A DNA stretch of 43,321 nucleotides from a virus (IMGVR_UViG_3300048855_000180:1-43321); one strand, 5' to 3'; positions 7,795-16,808 are shown, numbered from the stretch's first letter. The notes: generated from the sequence alone by a model not told the origin. Numbers and translations: made by a program.

Positions 7795-8106
7795 GTGCGA
7801 AATTCTCGGTGGTTTAACCCCCAACAATTTCAGGACGACGCGGTGATCGCCTCAGCCGTCTCCCCGCAATCGGTAGAGCCCTTAAACAAGGCCATCCAGC
7901 GGGTGTTGCTCAAGTCTTATGGGCAGTACCGCAACGGGCCGAAGCTTCTGGCGAAGGCTGCAAGGTCGACCCCCCGGGCCGCCGAGAACTGGCTGGATGG
8001 GTCCTGCACGCCCAATGCGGAGAAGCTCGTCAACCTGATGGCCGAATGTGACGAGCTGGCCGAGGAAATCCTCCGTCGTGTCGGGAGGTCTAATTGTTCT
8101 CCGTAA
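7795..8106 (+). CDS. CII-position HTH regulator
   Basis: KLLAKAARSTPRAAENWLDG.CTPNAEKL HTH; GGAG RBS before GTG. Confidence 0.7.
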   Translation: MRNSRWFNPQQFQDDAVIASAVSPQSVEPLNKAIQRVLLKSYGQYRNGPKLLAKAARSTPRAAENWLDGSCTPNAEKLVNLMAECDELAEEILRRVGRSNCSP

Positions 8107-8335
8107 TTACCGAGTTCGGCCTATGCGGCTTCGGCCGCTCTGATGGCCTGATCCCCGAGGTCCGCGTGGGCGTCGTGCGATTCGCATGGTGCCGCGGCTC
8201 GCTCCTTTCCCGCGTCGAGAAATGGCATGCCGCCCTGACGGCGCGCTGCTCGCGCGATGAAACATCCTTGTCTGCCAGGCCGGCGGACAGCGATGGCCAA
8301 CCCACCGGCCGCAAACCCCTCTGACCGAGGAATTC

Positions 8336-8830
8336 ATGTCCAATCGTGTGACCCTGGAGCAACTGGTCGAGATGGACAGCGAGGCGTTCAACGCGCTCCC
8401 CGCTGACCAGATCGAACTGCTGTTTGAAGACGTCGCCAGTCTGAAGGCTCGTGCCAAGCAGATGGACGACCGTCTTTTTTATCTCGTCGACAAGCGCTTC
8501 GCCGGCGCCGCAGCGGAACTGCGCCGCGCTGAAGGCAAGGATACTGGAACTGTTCGCATCGAGTTCTCCGGCCTCGTCCTGATAGCTGACCTCCCGAAGT
8601 CGGTAAGCTGGGATGAGGATGGGCTCTTGAACGTTGAAAGCCGTCTGCGTGAGCAGGGCGAGCCGGTCGACGACTACATCAAGATCCGTCGCACCGTAGC
8701 GGAAAGCGCGTTCACCGCGTGGCCGTCGTCGCTGCAGTCCATGTTCCTGCCGCATCGCACGGTCGGCACGGGCAAGCCCACCTACAAGATCGAGAAGGCC
8801 AAGGCCAACTCGCGCCGGAGGGCTGCCTGA
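8336..8830 (+). CDS. Conserved hypothetical phage protein upstream of Sak4
   Basis: GAGG RBS; 164-aa ORF with DLPKSVSWD motif; TGATG coupling to the next gene. Confidence 0.8.
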   Translation: MSNRVTLEQLVEMDSEAFNALPADQIELLFEDVASLKARAKQMDDRLFYLVDKRFAGAAAELRRAEGKDTGTVRIEFSGLVLIADLPKSVSWDEDGLLNVESRLREQGEPVDDYIKIRRTVAESAFTAWPSSLQSMFLPHRTVGTGKPTYKIEKAKANSRRRAA

Positions 8831-9627
8831 TGCCGATCTCTCTCGCTAACGTCCGCAGCGGGCAGGCGCAGAAGCCGCCGCGCATCCTGGTCTATGGCAC
8901 CCACGGTGTCGGCAAGACCAGCTTCGCCGCATCGGCCCCAAACCCGATCTTCCTGCAGCTGGAGGATGGCCTGGGCCAGATCGACGCGCCGACCTTCGGT
9001 CTGCTGAAGACCTTCGACGAGATCATGGAGGCGATCGGCTCCCTGTACTCGGAGGAGCACGACTTCAAGACGCTGGTGATCGACAGCCTCGACTGGGCGG
9101 AGCCCGCGGTGTGGGCTCAGGTCTGCACGGTGAACAAGTGGGACAACATCGAGCAGCCCGGTTACGGCAAGGGCTATATCGCTGCGCTCGACGCTTGGCG
9201 AATGATCTTCGACGGGCTGAACGCCCTGCGCGACGAGAAGAACATGACCATCGTCATGATCGCGCACTCTGACGTGAAGCGGTTCGACAGCCCTGAAACC
9301 GAACCCTATGACCGGTTTCAGATCAAGCTGCACAAAGGCGCTTCTGCCCTCGTCCAAGAGCACGTCGACTGTGTGTTCTTCGCCAACTACCGGGTTTCGA
9401 CCATCAAGACAGACGTTGGGTTCAAGAAGACCGTTGTGCGAGGTGTCGGAGGCGGGGAGCGTCTTCTCTACACCAATGAGCGCCCAGGGTTCTTGGCCAA
9501 GAACCGCTACGCGATGCCGTCGACCCTACCCATGAGCTGGGAAGCCGTCGCCGAGCACATTCCATTCCTGCGCGGCTCCGCCGCTCCTGCCGCCTCCGTC
9601 CCCAGCACCGAAGAAGTGGAAGCATAA
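8830..9627 (+). CDS. Sak4-like AAA ATPase / recombinase
   Basis: Walker A YGTHGVGKT, Walker B TLVIDSLD, AKNR motif. Confidence 0.88.
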   Translation: MPISLANVRSGQAQKPPRILVYGTHGVGKTSFAASAPNPIFLQLEDGLGQIDAPTFGLLKTFDEIMEAIGSLYSEEHDFKTLVIDSLDWAEPAVWAQVCTVNKWDNIEQPGYGKGYIAALDAWRMIFDGLNALRDEKNMTIVMIAHSDVKRFDSPETEPYDRFQIKLHKGASALVQEHVDCVFFANYRVSTIKTDVGFKKTVVRGVGGGERLLYTNERPGFLAKNRYAMPSTLPMSWEAVAEHIPFLRGSAAPAASVPSTEEVEA

Positions 9628-9629
9628 TC

Positions 9630-10142
9630 ATGGCCCAGCTTGGTCAGACCTTCGACGCCAACTCCGTCGCCCCCGCCACCCCGTTCGAGACCATCCCCGC
9701 GGGCAAGTATCTCGCCCAGATCGTCAACAGCGAGATGAAGTCGACCTCCACCGGCGGCGAGATGCTGGTGCTGGAGATCGAGATCGTCGACGGCGAATAC
9801 AGCAAGCGCCGGCTCTGGGATCGGCTGAACCTGGTCAACAGCAACGCGACCGCTGTTGAAATCGCCCAGCGTGCCCTGTCGTCCATCTGCCACGCCGTTG
9901 GCCAGATGACCGTGCAGGACAGCGAGCAGCTGCACTTCAAGCCCATGGCCGTGACCGTCAAGGTGCGCCCGGCCGGGCCGGACAAGAACGGCATCCACCG
10001 CGACGCGCAGAACGAGATCAAGGGCTACGAGGCGGCCAACGGTCAGCGGTCGGTGTCTGCGGCTCCGGCCTCGCGCCCCAACGCCACCAGCGCGACGAAG
10101 CCAGCCGGACAGATGCCCTGGCAGAAGCACAAGGCCGCCTGA
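9630..10142 (+). CDS. DUF669 family single-stranded DNA-binding protein
   Basis: FETIPAGKY...RRLWDRLNL...NEIKGY and C-terminal PW motif; follows Sak4. Confidence 0.85.
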   Translation: MAQLGQTFDANSVAPATPFETIPAGKYLAQIVNSEMKSTSTGGEMLVLEIEIVDGEYSKRRLWDRLNLVNSNATAVEIAQRALSSICHAVGQMTVQDSEQLHFKPMAVTVKVRPAGPDKNGIHRDAQNEIKGYEAANGQRSVSAAPASRPNATSATKPAGQMPWQKHKAA

Positions 10143-10149
10143 TTAAGCC

Positions 10150-10190
10150 GGGGGCGGCAGGATCTTCCTGGCAGTCGAGCTGCCGCCCCC
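10150..10190 (+). terminator. GC-rich hairpin after the SSB gene (weak terminator or RNA-stabilising element)
   Basis: GGGGGCGGCAG / CTGCCGCCCCC 11-bp stem; no strong U tract. Confidence 0.4.
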
Positions 10191-10228
10191 TTCCACCCAC
10201 GATCTCGCGACCGGAGGCACGCCAACTT

Positions 10229-10987
10229 ATGGCCGTCTTGCCGCCTATGTCACCCCCGGACCCGACGTTGGAGGCCCTCGACCGCGCCATGGAGGCGCGC
10301 GCCCGGGCTACTCCGCGACGCAGGTATCTGGGTATGTCCAGCATCGCCGACCCTTGCTCGCGCAAGCTCTGGTACGGCTTGAACAGCAACGAGGACCCGG
10401 AGCCGTTTGCCGCCTCCACCCTGCGGCTGTTCGAGGACGGTCATCGGGGCGAGGATGTCATCGTCAGCTACCTGCGCATGGTGCCGGGGCTGCAGGTGCA
10501 TGTCCGCGACCCCGAGACCGGCAGCCAGTTCCACGTCGAGGACTTCGAGGGCCGCTTTGCCGGCAACCTCGACGGCGCCGTGCTTGGCTTACTGCAGGCC
10601 CCGACCACTTGGCACGTCTTCGAAGCCAAGATCTGCAACGAGAAGAAGTTCGCCAAGCTCAAGGCGCTGAAGGCAGAGCTTGGCGAGAAGCAAGCTCTGC
10701 AGGCCTGGGATCCGATCTACTACGGGCAGGCCATATCCTACATGTCGTACACCGGAATGAGCCGGCACTACCTGGTGGCCGGCACGCCTGGTGTCCGCGA
10801 ACTGGCTAGCGTCCGTACCAACGCGGACCCGGTCTATGCCGCGGAGCTTCGCTCCAAGGCAGAGCGGATCCTCGACGCGCGCTTCCCACCGGCGAAAGTC
10901 TCTAATGACCCGTCCTGGTACCAGTGCCGCTTCTGCCAGTGGCATGCCAAGTGCCATGGCGTGGCTGCTCAGGAGATGGCGGCATGA
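10229..10987 (+). CDS. Cas4-like PD-(D/E)XK exonuclease with Fe-S cysteines
   Basis: DPCSRKLWY, GNLDG, FEAK, GQAISYM and C-terminal CRFC...C. Confidence 0.85.
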   Translation: MAVLPPMSPPDPTLEALDRAMEARARATPRRRYLGMSSIADPCSRKLWYGLNSNEDPEPFAASTLRLFEDGHRGEDVIVSYLRMVPGLQVHVRDPETGSQFHVEDFEGRFAGNLDGAVLGLLQAPTTWHVFEAKICNEKKFAKLKALKAELGEKQALQAWDPIYYGQAISYMSYTGMSRHYLVAGTPGVRELASVRTNADPVYAAELRSKAERILDARFPPAKVSNDPSWYQCRFCQWHAKCHGVAAQEMAA

Positions 10988-11586
10988 ACGCCCTTTCTCC
11001 CCCGACCCTGCCGAACAAGGCAGAGGCGCTTCAGATTGGCGCCCTTCATTATGTGACTGGTACCCCGTGCGGGCGCGGGCATTTGTCGCCGCGATACACT
11101 CGTGGCGGCGCCTGTGTCGAGTGCGTGCGCTTGGTCCGGGGCGGGTGGCTCAAGACCCGCAAGCGTTCGCCCATAAATATGGATTTGGCTCTGGCTGCTC
11201 GCGATGCTGGGGAAACAACCTTTGTTCCGCTGAAGCCGTGTCCGAAGGGCCACAGCTTGCGTTTCATCGCTTCCAATAACTGCGTGCAATGCGATCTGAA
11301 TGCCCGCGCCCGAGACGTGTTGAAGCGTAAGTTCGCCCGTATCCGCAAGGAATATGGCCTTACGAACCAGCAATACCTTGATCTCGTAGCGGCACAGAAC
11401 AGTGCCTGCAGAATCTGCAGTAAAGTGGAAGCGGACCACTTCCGGCTGCACATAGATCATTGCCACAGCACATCCAAGGTGCGGGGCCTTCTCTGCGGTC
11501 CATGCAATCAGGGTATCGGCCTTCTCCGGCATTCAACGGAGATACTGCAGGCTGCCCAGAAGTACCTGCTGGAGTGCGGACAATGA
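10984..11586 (+). CDS. Endonuclease VII-family (His-Me) protein, probable homing endonuclease
   Basis: YGLT..Y..L...Q...CRIC...HIDHCH...VRGLLC..CNQGIG; two N-terminal PC.xGH...CVxC repeats; lower GC. Confidence 0.88.
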   Translation: MNALSPPTLPNKAEALQIGALHYVTGTPCGRGHLSPRYTRGGACVECVRLVRGGWLKTRKRSPINMDLALAARDAGETTFVPLKPCPKGHSLRFIASNNCVQCDLNARARDVLKRKFARIRKEYGLTNQQYLDLVAAQNSACRICSKVEADHFRLHIDHCHSTSKVRGLLCGPCNQGIGLLRHSTEILQAAQKYLLECGQ

Positions 11587-13172
11587 ACATCGCCATTCGC
11601 CCATATCAGCGTGGTGCTATCGATTCACTCTACTCTTGGTTCGATGAGCAGGCCGGCAACCCGTTAGTCGTCATCCCTACTGCGGGTGGGAAATCTCTTG
11701 TCATCTCAACTTTTATTAAAGAGGCAATTGAGGCCTATCCCGAGACAAGGATTTTAGTTCTCCAGCATGTCCGGGAACTGATCCTCCAGAACTTCCTGGA
11801 GCTTACCGGCTTCTGGCCGCAGGCCCCGGCGGGCATCTATTCCGCGGGCCTGGGACGCCGTGAGCTTCATACGCAGGTGGTCTTCGCCGGTATCCAGTCC
11901 ATCCACCGCCACGCGTATGGCTTGCAGCGGGTCGACCTGGTGCTGGTCGACGAGGCCCACCTGATCCCGCGGTCCTCGAATACCCTCTACCGCAAGTTCC
12001 TCGGCCAGCTGGCCGAGATCAATCCGTACATCAAGATCGTCGGGTTCACCGCCACGCCGTTCCGCCTGGATTCAGGTCTGCTGCACCGTGGCGAGGACGC
12101 CATGTTCAGCGACATCGCCTACGAGGCGAACATCCTGGACCTGATCCGGCAGGGTTATTTGGCTCGCCCGACCAGTCAGCGGGCCGACACCCAGATCGAC
12201 ACCTCGCAGGTCGCGACCAGAGGCGGCGAGTTCGTCCCCGGTGAGCTCGAGGCTGCCGCCATCCATCCCGAGGTTGTCGAGGCGGTCGCCGACGAGATCG
12301 TCCGGGCAGGGCAGGGGCGCCGTGGCTGGATCGTCTTCGGCTGCGGGATCAAGCATTGCACCATGCTGCGCGATGCCCTCCGGGCCCGGGGCATCACCTG
12401 CGAAAGCATCTTCGGCGACACGCCCGCCTTCGAGCGGGACCGGATTATCCAGGACTTCAAGGCCCAGAAGATCCAGGCCCTGTCCTCCATGAACGTGCTG
12501 ACGACCGGGTTCAACGCCCGGCACGTCGACCTCATCGCCCTGGCACGTCCCACCAAGTCGACCGGCCTTTACATCCAGATCGTCGGCCGCGGCACCCGGC
12601 TGTTCCCAGGCAAGGATGACTGTCTGGTGCTGGACTTTGGCGGCAACATCGCTCGCCACGGACCCCTCGATCAGCCCAAGTCGAAGAAGGACAAGCGGTC
12701 GATCGGTCCCCGCGAGGGCATGCCGGCAAAGATCTGCCAGCATTGCGAAGCCCGGAACGACATTCGGGCCCGTGAATGCCTCGACTGCGGCACCCCGTTC
12801 CCCGAGGTCGCGGCGCAGATCATCAGCACCAAGGCCACCACACTCGGCCTGCTCTCGGAAGACCAGATGCGGCCGCAGTGGGTCGACGTCGACGGCATCT
12901 CCTACCGGGCGCACTCCAAGCCGGGCAAGCCGACCTCTATGCGGGTCACCTACAGCTGCGGCCTGGTGCAGCATTCCGAGTGGGTCTGCCTGAATCACGA
13001 CGGATTTGCACGTCAGAAGGCGGTCCAGTGGTGGATCAAGCGGGCACCGGATGTGCCGGTCCCGAACAGCGTCGAAGAGGCCCTGCGGCTTCAGCACGTC
13101 CTCCGGCGGCCTCGTCAGATCGCAGTTCGCCCGGCAGGAAAGTTCACGGAAATTGTGGGTTCCGTCCTGTGA
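11583..13172 (+). CDS. SF2 helicase (RadD/YejH-like) with C-terminal Zn ribbon
   Basis: RPYQ, PTAGGKS, DEAH, TAT, QIVGRGTR, CQHC...CLDC. Confidence 0.93.
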   Translation: MNIAIRPYQRGAIDSLYSWFDEQAGNPLVVIPTAGGKSLVISTFIKEAIEAYPETRILVLQHVRELILQNFLELTGFWPQAPAGIYSAGLGRRELHTQVVFAGIQSIHRHAYGLQRVDLVLVDEAHLIPRSSNTLYRKFLGQLAEINPYIKIVGFTATPFRLDSGLLHRGEDAMFSDIAYEANILDLIRQGYLARPTSQRADTQIDTSQVATRGGEFVPGELEAAAIHPEVVEAVADEIVRAGQGRRGWIVFGCGIKHCTMLRDALRARGITCESIFGDTPAFERDRIIQDFKAQKIQALSSMNVLTTGFNARHVDLIALARPTKSTGLYIQIVGRGTRLFPGKDDCLVLDFGGNIARHGPLDQPKSKKDKRSIGPREGMPAKICQHCEARNDIRARECLDCGTPFPEVAAQIISTKATTLGLLSEDQMRPQWVDVDGISYRAHSKPGKPTSMRVTYSCGLVQHSEWVCLNHDGFARQKAVQWWIKRAPDVPVPNSVEEALRLQHVLRRPRQIAVRPAGKFTEIVGSVL

Positions 13173-13480
13173 TCGCCGTCACCTCGCCCAGCGGCACCCA
13201 GCTCGAGACCTTCCGGGCCCACCCGCTTGTCCAAGCCATCCTGCACGCTTTCCCAGGCGCGCAGATCCGAACCCCAAGAGAGGGCCTCATGATCGATGCG
13301 ACAGATCGGGAAATCGCCGCCCTTCAAGCGGCCTCCCCCCTGGCTGGTGAATACCTCGAGAGCATCGGCAAGACCGACATCGGCGCCATGAGCCTCGAGG
13401 AATGGATGACCTTCCTGGAGGTGGTGGTCACCGGCTTCCAGGACGCTCTCCGGATGCAGGTGGGGAGCCAATCAACGTGA
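13169..13480 (+). CDS. DUF6511-like protein with an N-terminal DnaX-tail-like peptide (alternative start ATG 13289)
   Basis: GTGA-coupled to the helicase stop; C-terminal AGEYLESIGKTD...EEWMTFLEVVVTGF; N-terminal HPLVQAILHAFPGAQI. Confidence 0.75.
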   Translation: MIAVTSPSGTQLETFRAHPLVQAILHAFPGAQIRTPREGLMIDATDREIAALQAASPLAGEYLESIGKTDIGAMSLEEWMTFLEVVVTGFQDALRMQVGSQST

Positions 13481-15744
13481 TGAGCTCCTTCCATGACTAC
13501 ATCAACCGGCGGAAAGACGGCGCGAACCCGATGGCGGACGCCGCGGTCTCGCTCGGCCTACCCGTGTTCCCCTGTGGCGCCGACAAGAAGCCGCTGACCA
13601 CCCACGGCTTCAAGGACGCGACCAACGATCCGGCGCGAATCCGCACCCTGTTCTCAGGCTCGGCCGCCGTGATGATCGGCGTGCCGACCGGTGCAGCCAC
13701 GGACGTCGTGGTGATCGACGTCGACCGCAAGGAGAATCGGCAGGGCGGTGCCTGGCTGGACGAGAACAGCCATCGCATGCCCCAGACCCGGACCATCCGC
13801 ACGGCGTCAGGCGGCCTGCACATCTACCTGCGCCACCCCGGGCAGCGGGTGAAGAACTCCAACGACAAGATCGCTCCCGGCATCGATGTGCGTGGCGACG
13901 GGGGATACGTCATCGTGCCTCCCAGCCCGGGCTACAGCCTTGCGGACGACGCACCCATGGCCGAGGTGCCGGAATGGCTCCTGGCCGTCCTGTGCCCGCC
14001 TGAGCCGGTTCCTGGGCCTGTTCCCGAGGTCCGTCGCCACACCCCGGCTTCGAACGGCGGAACGCCTTATGGCTTGAAGGCGCTCGAAGACGAATGCGCG
14101 GCGATCAGCAGGGCTTACTTCGGCCAACAGGAAGCCACCCTCAACGCCGCCGGGCTCAAGATCGGCGCTCTGGTGGCCGGCGGTGAGCTGGAAGCAGGAC
14201 CCGCCTTGGCTGACCTGCTGGCGGCGGCACGGTCCATGCCCTCCCAGCCTGGCAAGAAGCCCTGGCATCCTTCGGAATTGGAGAAGAAGGCCCGGCGGGC
14301 GTTCGAGGATGGATCGCGCAAGCCGCGCTCGGCCCCCGATCAGCCCCACACCCATTCCGACCTGGAGACCCATCCGGCTGCTGTGTTCTTGGCTAAGGTC
14401 GCCGAGAAGGCCAAACGAAATCCAGCGCCGGCAGTGCCAGTTGATCCTGAGATTATGGAGCTGGATGGTGTTCTAAAACTGTTCGTTGACCATTGCGAGC
14501 GCACGGCCATCAGCCCTCAGCCGTTCCTCGCGTTGGCCGCGGCAATCTGTCTCGTCGGAGTTCTGGCGGGCCGCAAGTACAGGACGACAACTGACCTCCG
14601 CACCAATGTCTACGCCGTCGGAATCGCCGACAGCGGCGGGGGCAAGGATCATGCTCGGAAGCAGATCAGGAAGGTGCTCTACGCGGCCGATCTTCAAAAG
14701 TATTTGGGCGGTTCAGACATTGCATCCAGCGCCGGCATGCGAACGGCTTTGCAACGGCACCCTGCGACCGTCTTTCTGGTGGACGAATTCGGGAACTGGC
14801 TGAGCGGTGTGCTTGGTGACAAGGCCCCGGCGCACAAAGCTCAAATCGCTGCCTTAATGAAGGAACTCTATAGCTCAGCCAATACAATCCTGAGCGGCAT
14901 CGAGTACGCCGATCAGACGAAGCAGGGCCGGCCTCGGGAGGATATTCATCAGCCGCACGCCTGCCTGTACGCGACAAGCACGCCGAGGCAGTTTTGGGCA
15001 GCTGTTGGAGGCGCTAACCTCGAAGACGGCTTGATGGCCCGCATGCTCTTGTTCCTAAGCCCGCAGAGCTATCCAGACGAACAGGAGCTGGAATTAGCGG
15101 AGCCCAGCGCCGAGCTTGTCGCGGCTTTGAAGGCGATCGTCTTGGGCCAGGGTCAGCATGACCAAGGCGGCAACATGCCCGAAATCTTCAGCCCGGTCAT
15201 GGAGTCTGGCACCGAACTGATTCCCTACACCGTACCGGAAACACCCGAGGCAACACAGGAAAGGCGAGCGCTCCGTCGCGAGCAGCTGGATAAACAGCGA
15301 AAGGCTGAAGGCACCTGGATCACGTCTATCGAGGGGCGTTTTGCCGAGAACGCAATGAAGCTGGCCCTGGTGCGAGCAATCAGCCGAGACCCTGGAGACC
15401 CCATCATCCAGGCTGCTGACGTGGCTTGGGGCAGGGCCGTAACGCGGCACTGCCTCGATACCCTGCTGCGCGAGGCGGGGCAGAACGTGGCGGAAACGGA
15501 ATACGAGAAGAAGACCCAGCGGCTGATGAAGATCATCCGCCAACACGGGCCGGTCACGGATCACGCGATCTTCGACCGCCATCGTTTTGGACATTCATCT
15601 CGGGAACGCGCCGAGATGCTGAACGACCTCATCCGTCTCGGGATGGTCGTGGCCATCGAGCCTGATCCCAGCAAGCCCGGCCCGAAACGGGTCAAGTACA
15701 TGATCGCCCCAGCGGCTGGCCCCGTCGACGATGTGGGGAATTAG
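13480..15744 (+). CDS. Bifunctional primase-polymerase (AEP) fused to a DUF3987-like helicase domain
   Basis: PVFPC..DKKP, VIDVD, RTASGGLHIY, DVRGDGGY; C-terminal IADSGGGKD and LVDEFG. Confidence 0.9.
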   Translation: MSSFHDYINRRKDGANPMADAAVSLGLPVFPCGADKKPLTTHGFKDATNDPARIRTLFSGSAAVMIGVPTGAATDVVVIDVDRKENRQGGAWLDENSHRMPQTRTIRTASGGLHIYLRHPGQRVKNSNDKIAPGIDVRGDGGYVIVPPSPGYSLADDAPMAEVPEWLLAVLCPPEPVPGPVPEVRRHTPASNGGTPYGLKALEDECAAISRAYFGQQEATLNAAGLKIGALVAGGELEAGPALADLLAAARSMPSQPGKKPWHPSELEKKARRAFEDGSRKPRSAPDQPHTHSDLETHPAAVFLAKVAEKAKRNPAPAVPVDPEIMELDGVLKLFVDHCERTAISPQPFLALAAAICLVGVLAGRKYRTTTDLRTNVYAVGIADSGGGKDHARKQIRKVLYAADLQKYLGGSDIASSAGMRTALQRHPATVFLVDEFGNWLSGVLGDKAPAHKAQIAALMKELYSSANTILSGIEYADQTKQGRPREDIHQPHACLYATSTPRQFWAAVGGANLEDGLMARMLLFLSPQSYPDEQELELAEPSAELVAALKAIVLGQGQHDQGGNMPEIFSPVMESGTELIPYTVPETPEATQERRALRREQLDKQRKAEGTWITSIEGRFAENAMKLALVRAISRDPGDPIIQAADVAWGRAVTRHCLDTLLREAGQNVAETEYEKKTQRLMKIIRQHGPVTDHAIFDRHRFGHSSRERAEMLNDLIRLGMVVAIEPDPSKPGPKRVKYMIAPAAGPVDDVGN

Positions 15745-15778
15745 AGAATGTCGCACATTCAACCCATTGAAATTACGC

Positions 15779-15910
15779 ATCTTTGCAACTTTGCAATTTC
15801 CCGCGTGCGCACGAATACGGGTTTGGTCCAGGTGCCGGGCAGGTACCCCATGGGAAATTGTAAAGATGTAAAGATAGATATTTATATCAATAATAATAAC
15901 AACTTAACTA
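15779..15910. other. Putative phage replication origin
   Basis: 24-bp imperfect inverted repeat (15779-15802 / 15852-15875) built of 8-bp units, followed by a very AT-rich tract, directly after the primase. Confidence 0.65.
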
Positions 15911-15954
15911 ACACATCTTCGCACATCCCAGACGCATCTTCACACACAAGCCGC

Positions 15955-16407
15955 ATGGAGGCCGTCATTTCGAAATTGGTCTCGACTGAAAGCAAAGAGC
16001 ACCGGGCAGCCAAGAACCGCCTGGCTCGGTGGCTGAACGCTCATGCAGAACAGGGGGGCGCGACGCCGGCCTTCGCTGCGGCAGTGGAATACCCATTCGC
16101 CGTCAATGGAGACGGTATCCGGACTTGGTCGGCCATGGGCTTCAATCGCATCCCCACGCGCCAGCAAATGCGGAAGTCCAGTCGGGGCATCATCTATCGC
16201 GCCGATATCGCCATCATCGAAGGCGACCTCGTCACCAGCATCATCGAAATCATCCATTCTCATCCGACACCTCACTGGAAGTTGGACTGGTTCGTGAACC
16301 GGGGCGTCGCCGTCTACGAGGCGTTCGCCTCCACCATCCTCGAAGTGAAGGGCACGCCTGCTTCCTTCGACGACATCCTGATGGAGTGCGGCCAGTGCAA
16401 GCGCTGA
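15955..16407 (+). CDS. CoiA-like PD-(D/E)XK nuclease
   Basis: ESKEHRAAK, EYPF, RADI, IEI..SH motifs. Confidence 0.6.
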   Translation: MEAVISKLVSTESKEHRAAKNRLARWLNAHAEQGGATPAFAAAVEYPFAVNGDGIRTWSAMGFNRIPTRQQMRKSSRGIIYRADIAIIEGDLVTSIIEIIHSHPTPHWKLDWFVNRGVAVYEAFASTILEVKGTPASFDDILMECGQCKR

Positions 16408-16808
16408 TGTCCTCTTCGTCTCTCACCACCACCCCCCCCCGAAAGTTTCGGGGGAGCCCCGAGCGGGCTATCCAGCGGGCCCTGCTCGCCAGGCTTCAGT
16501 CTCTGCTGCCCCTCGGCGCCATGGTCATCCATGTGCCGAACGAGGATGCCACCGGCTCCGCTGCCTATGGCCAGGCCAAGGTCCGGGATGGCCTGCTCCC
16601 GGGCTGCCCGGACCTGCTGATCGTGCACCAGGGCCGCGCCTACTGGATCGAGATGAAGGCCCCAGATGGATCGCCCTCAGACAGCCAGATGCAGGCCCAC
16701 AGGCGCCTCCGGGCGGCCGGGACGCCAGTGGAGGTCGCCTACGGTGTCGAAGACGCCCTGGAGGCTCTGAGAGGCTGGGGATTGATCCATGGGGGTGTCG
16801 CGGCATGA
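16407..16808 (+). CDS. VRR-NUC domain nuclease (Holliday junction resolvase-like)
   Basis: ERAIQ, HVPNE, GCPDL, WIEMK.PDG..S..Q. Confidence 0.88.
   Translation: MSSSSLTTTPPRKFRGSPERAIQRALLARLQSLLPLGAMVIHVPNEDATGSAAYGQAKVRDGLLPGCPDLLIVHQGRAYWIEMKAPDGSPSDSQMQAHRRLRAAGTPVEVAYGVEDALEALRGWGLIHGGVAA

Noticed and set aside
7598-8324. ORFs 7598-7846 and 8094-8324
   Set aside because: Low-complexity or TTG-start ORFs without clear RBS or motifs; they cannot be excluded but are not supportable
10229-10987. Cas4-like gene as a sign of a CRISPR system
   Set aside because: No repeat-spacer array or other cas genes; solo Cas4-like exonucleases are normal in Sak4/DUF669 phage modules
15748-15954. N-terminal extension of the 15748-16407 ORF (poly-Asn)
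   Set aside because: Reads through the AT-rich origin-like repeats; the protein-like sequence begins at ATG 15955
16432-16440. C9 tract near the VRR-NUC start as a phase-variation switch
   Set aside because: A single in-frame homopolymer in a GC-rich genome, with no evidence of variation without read data
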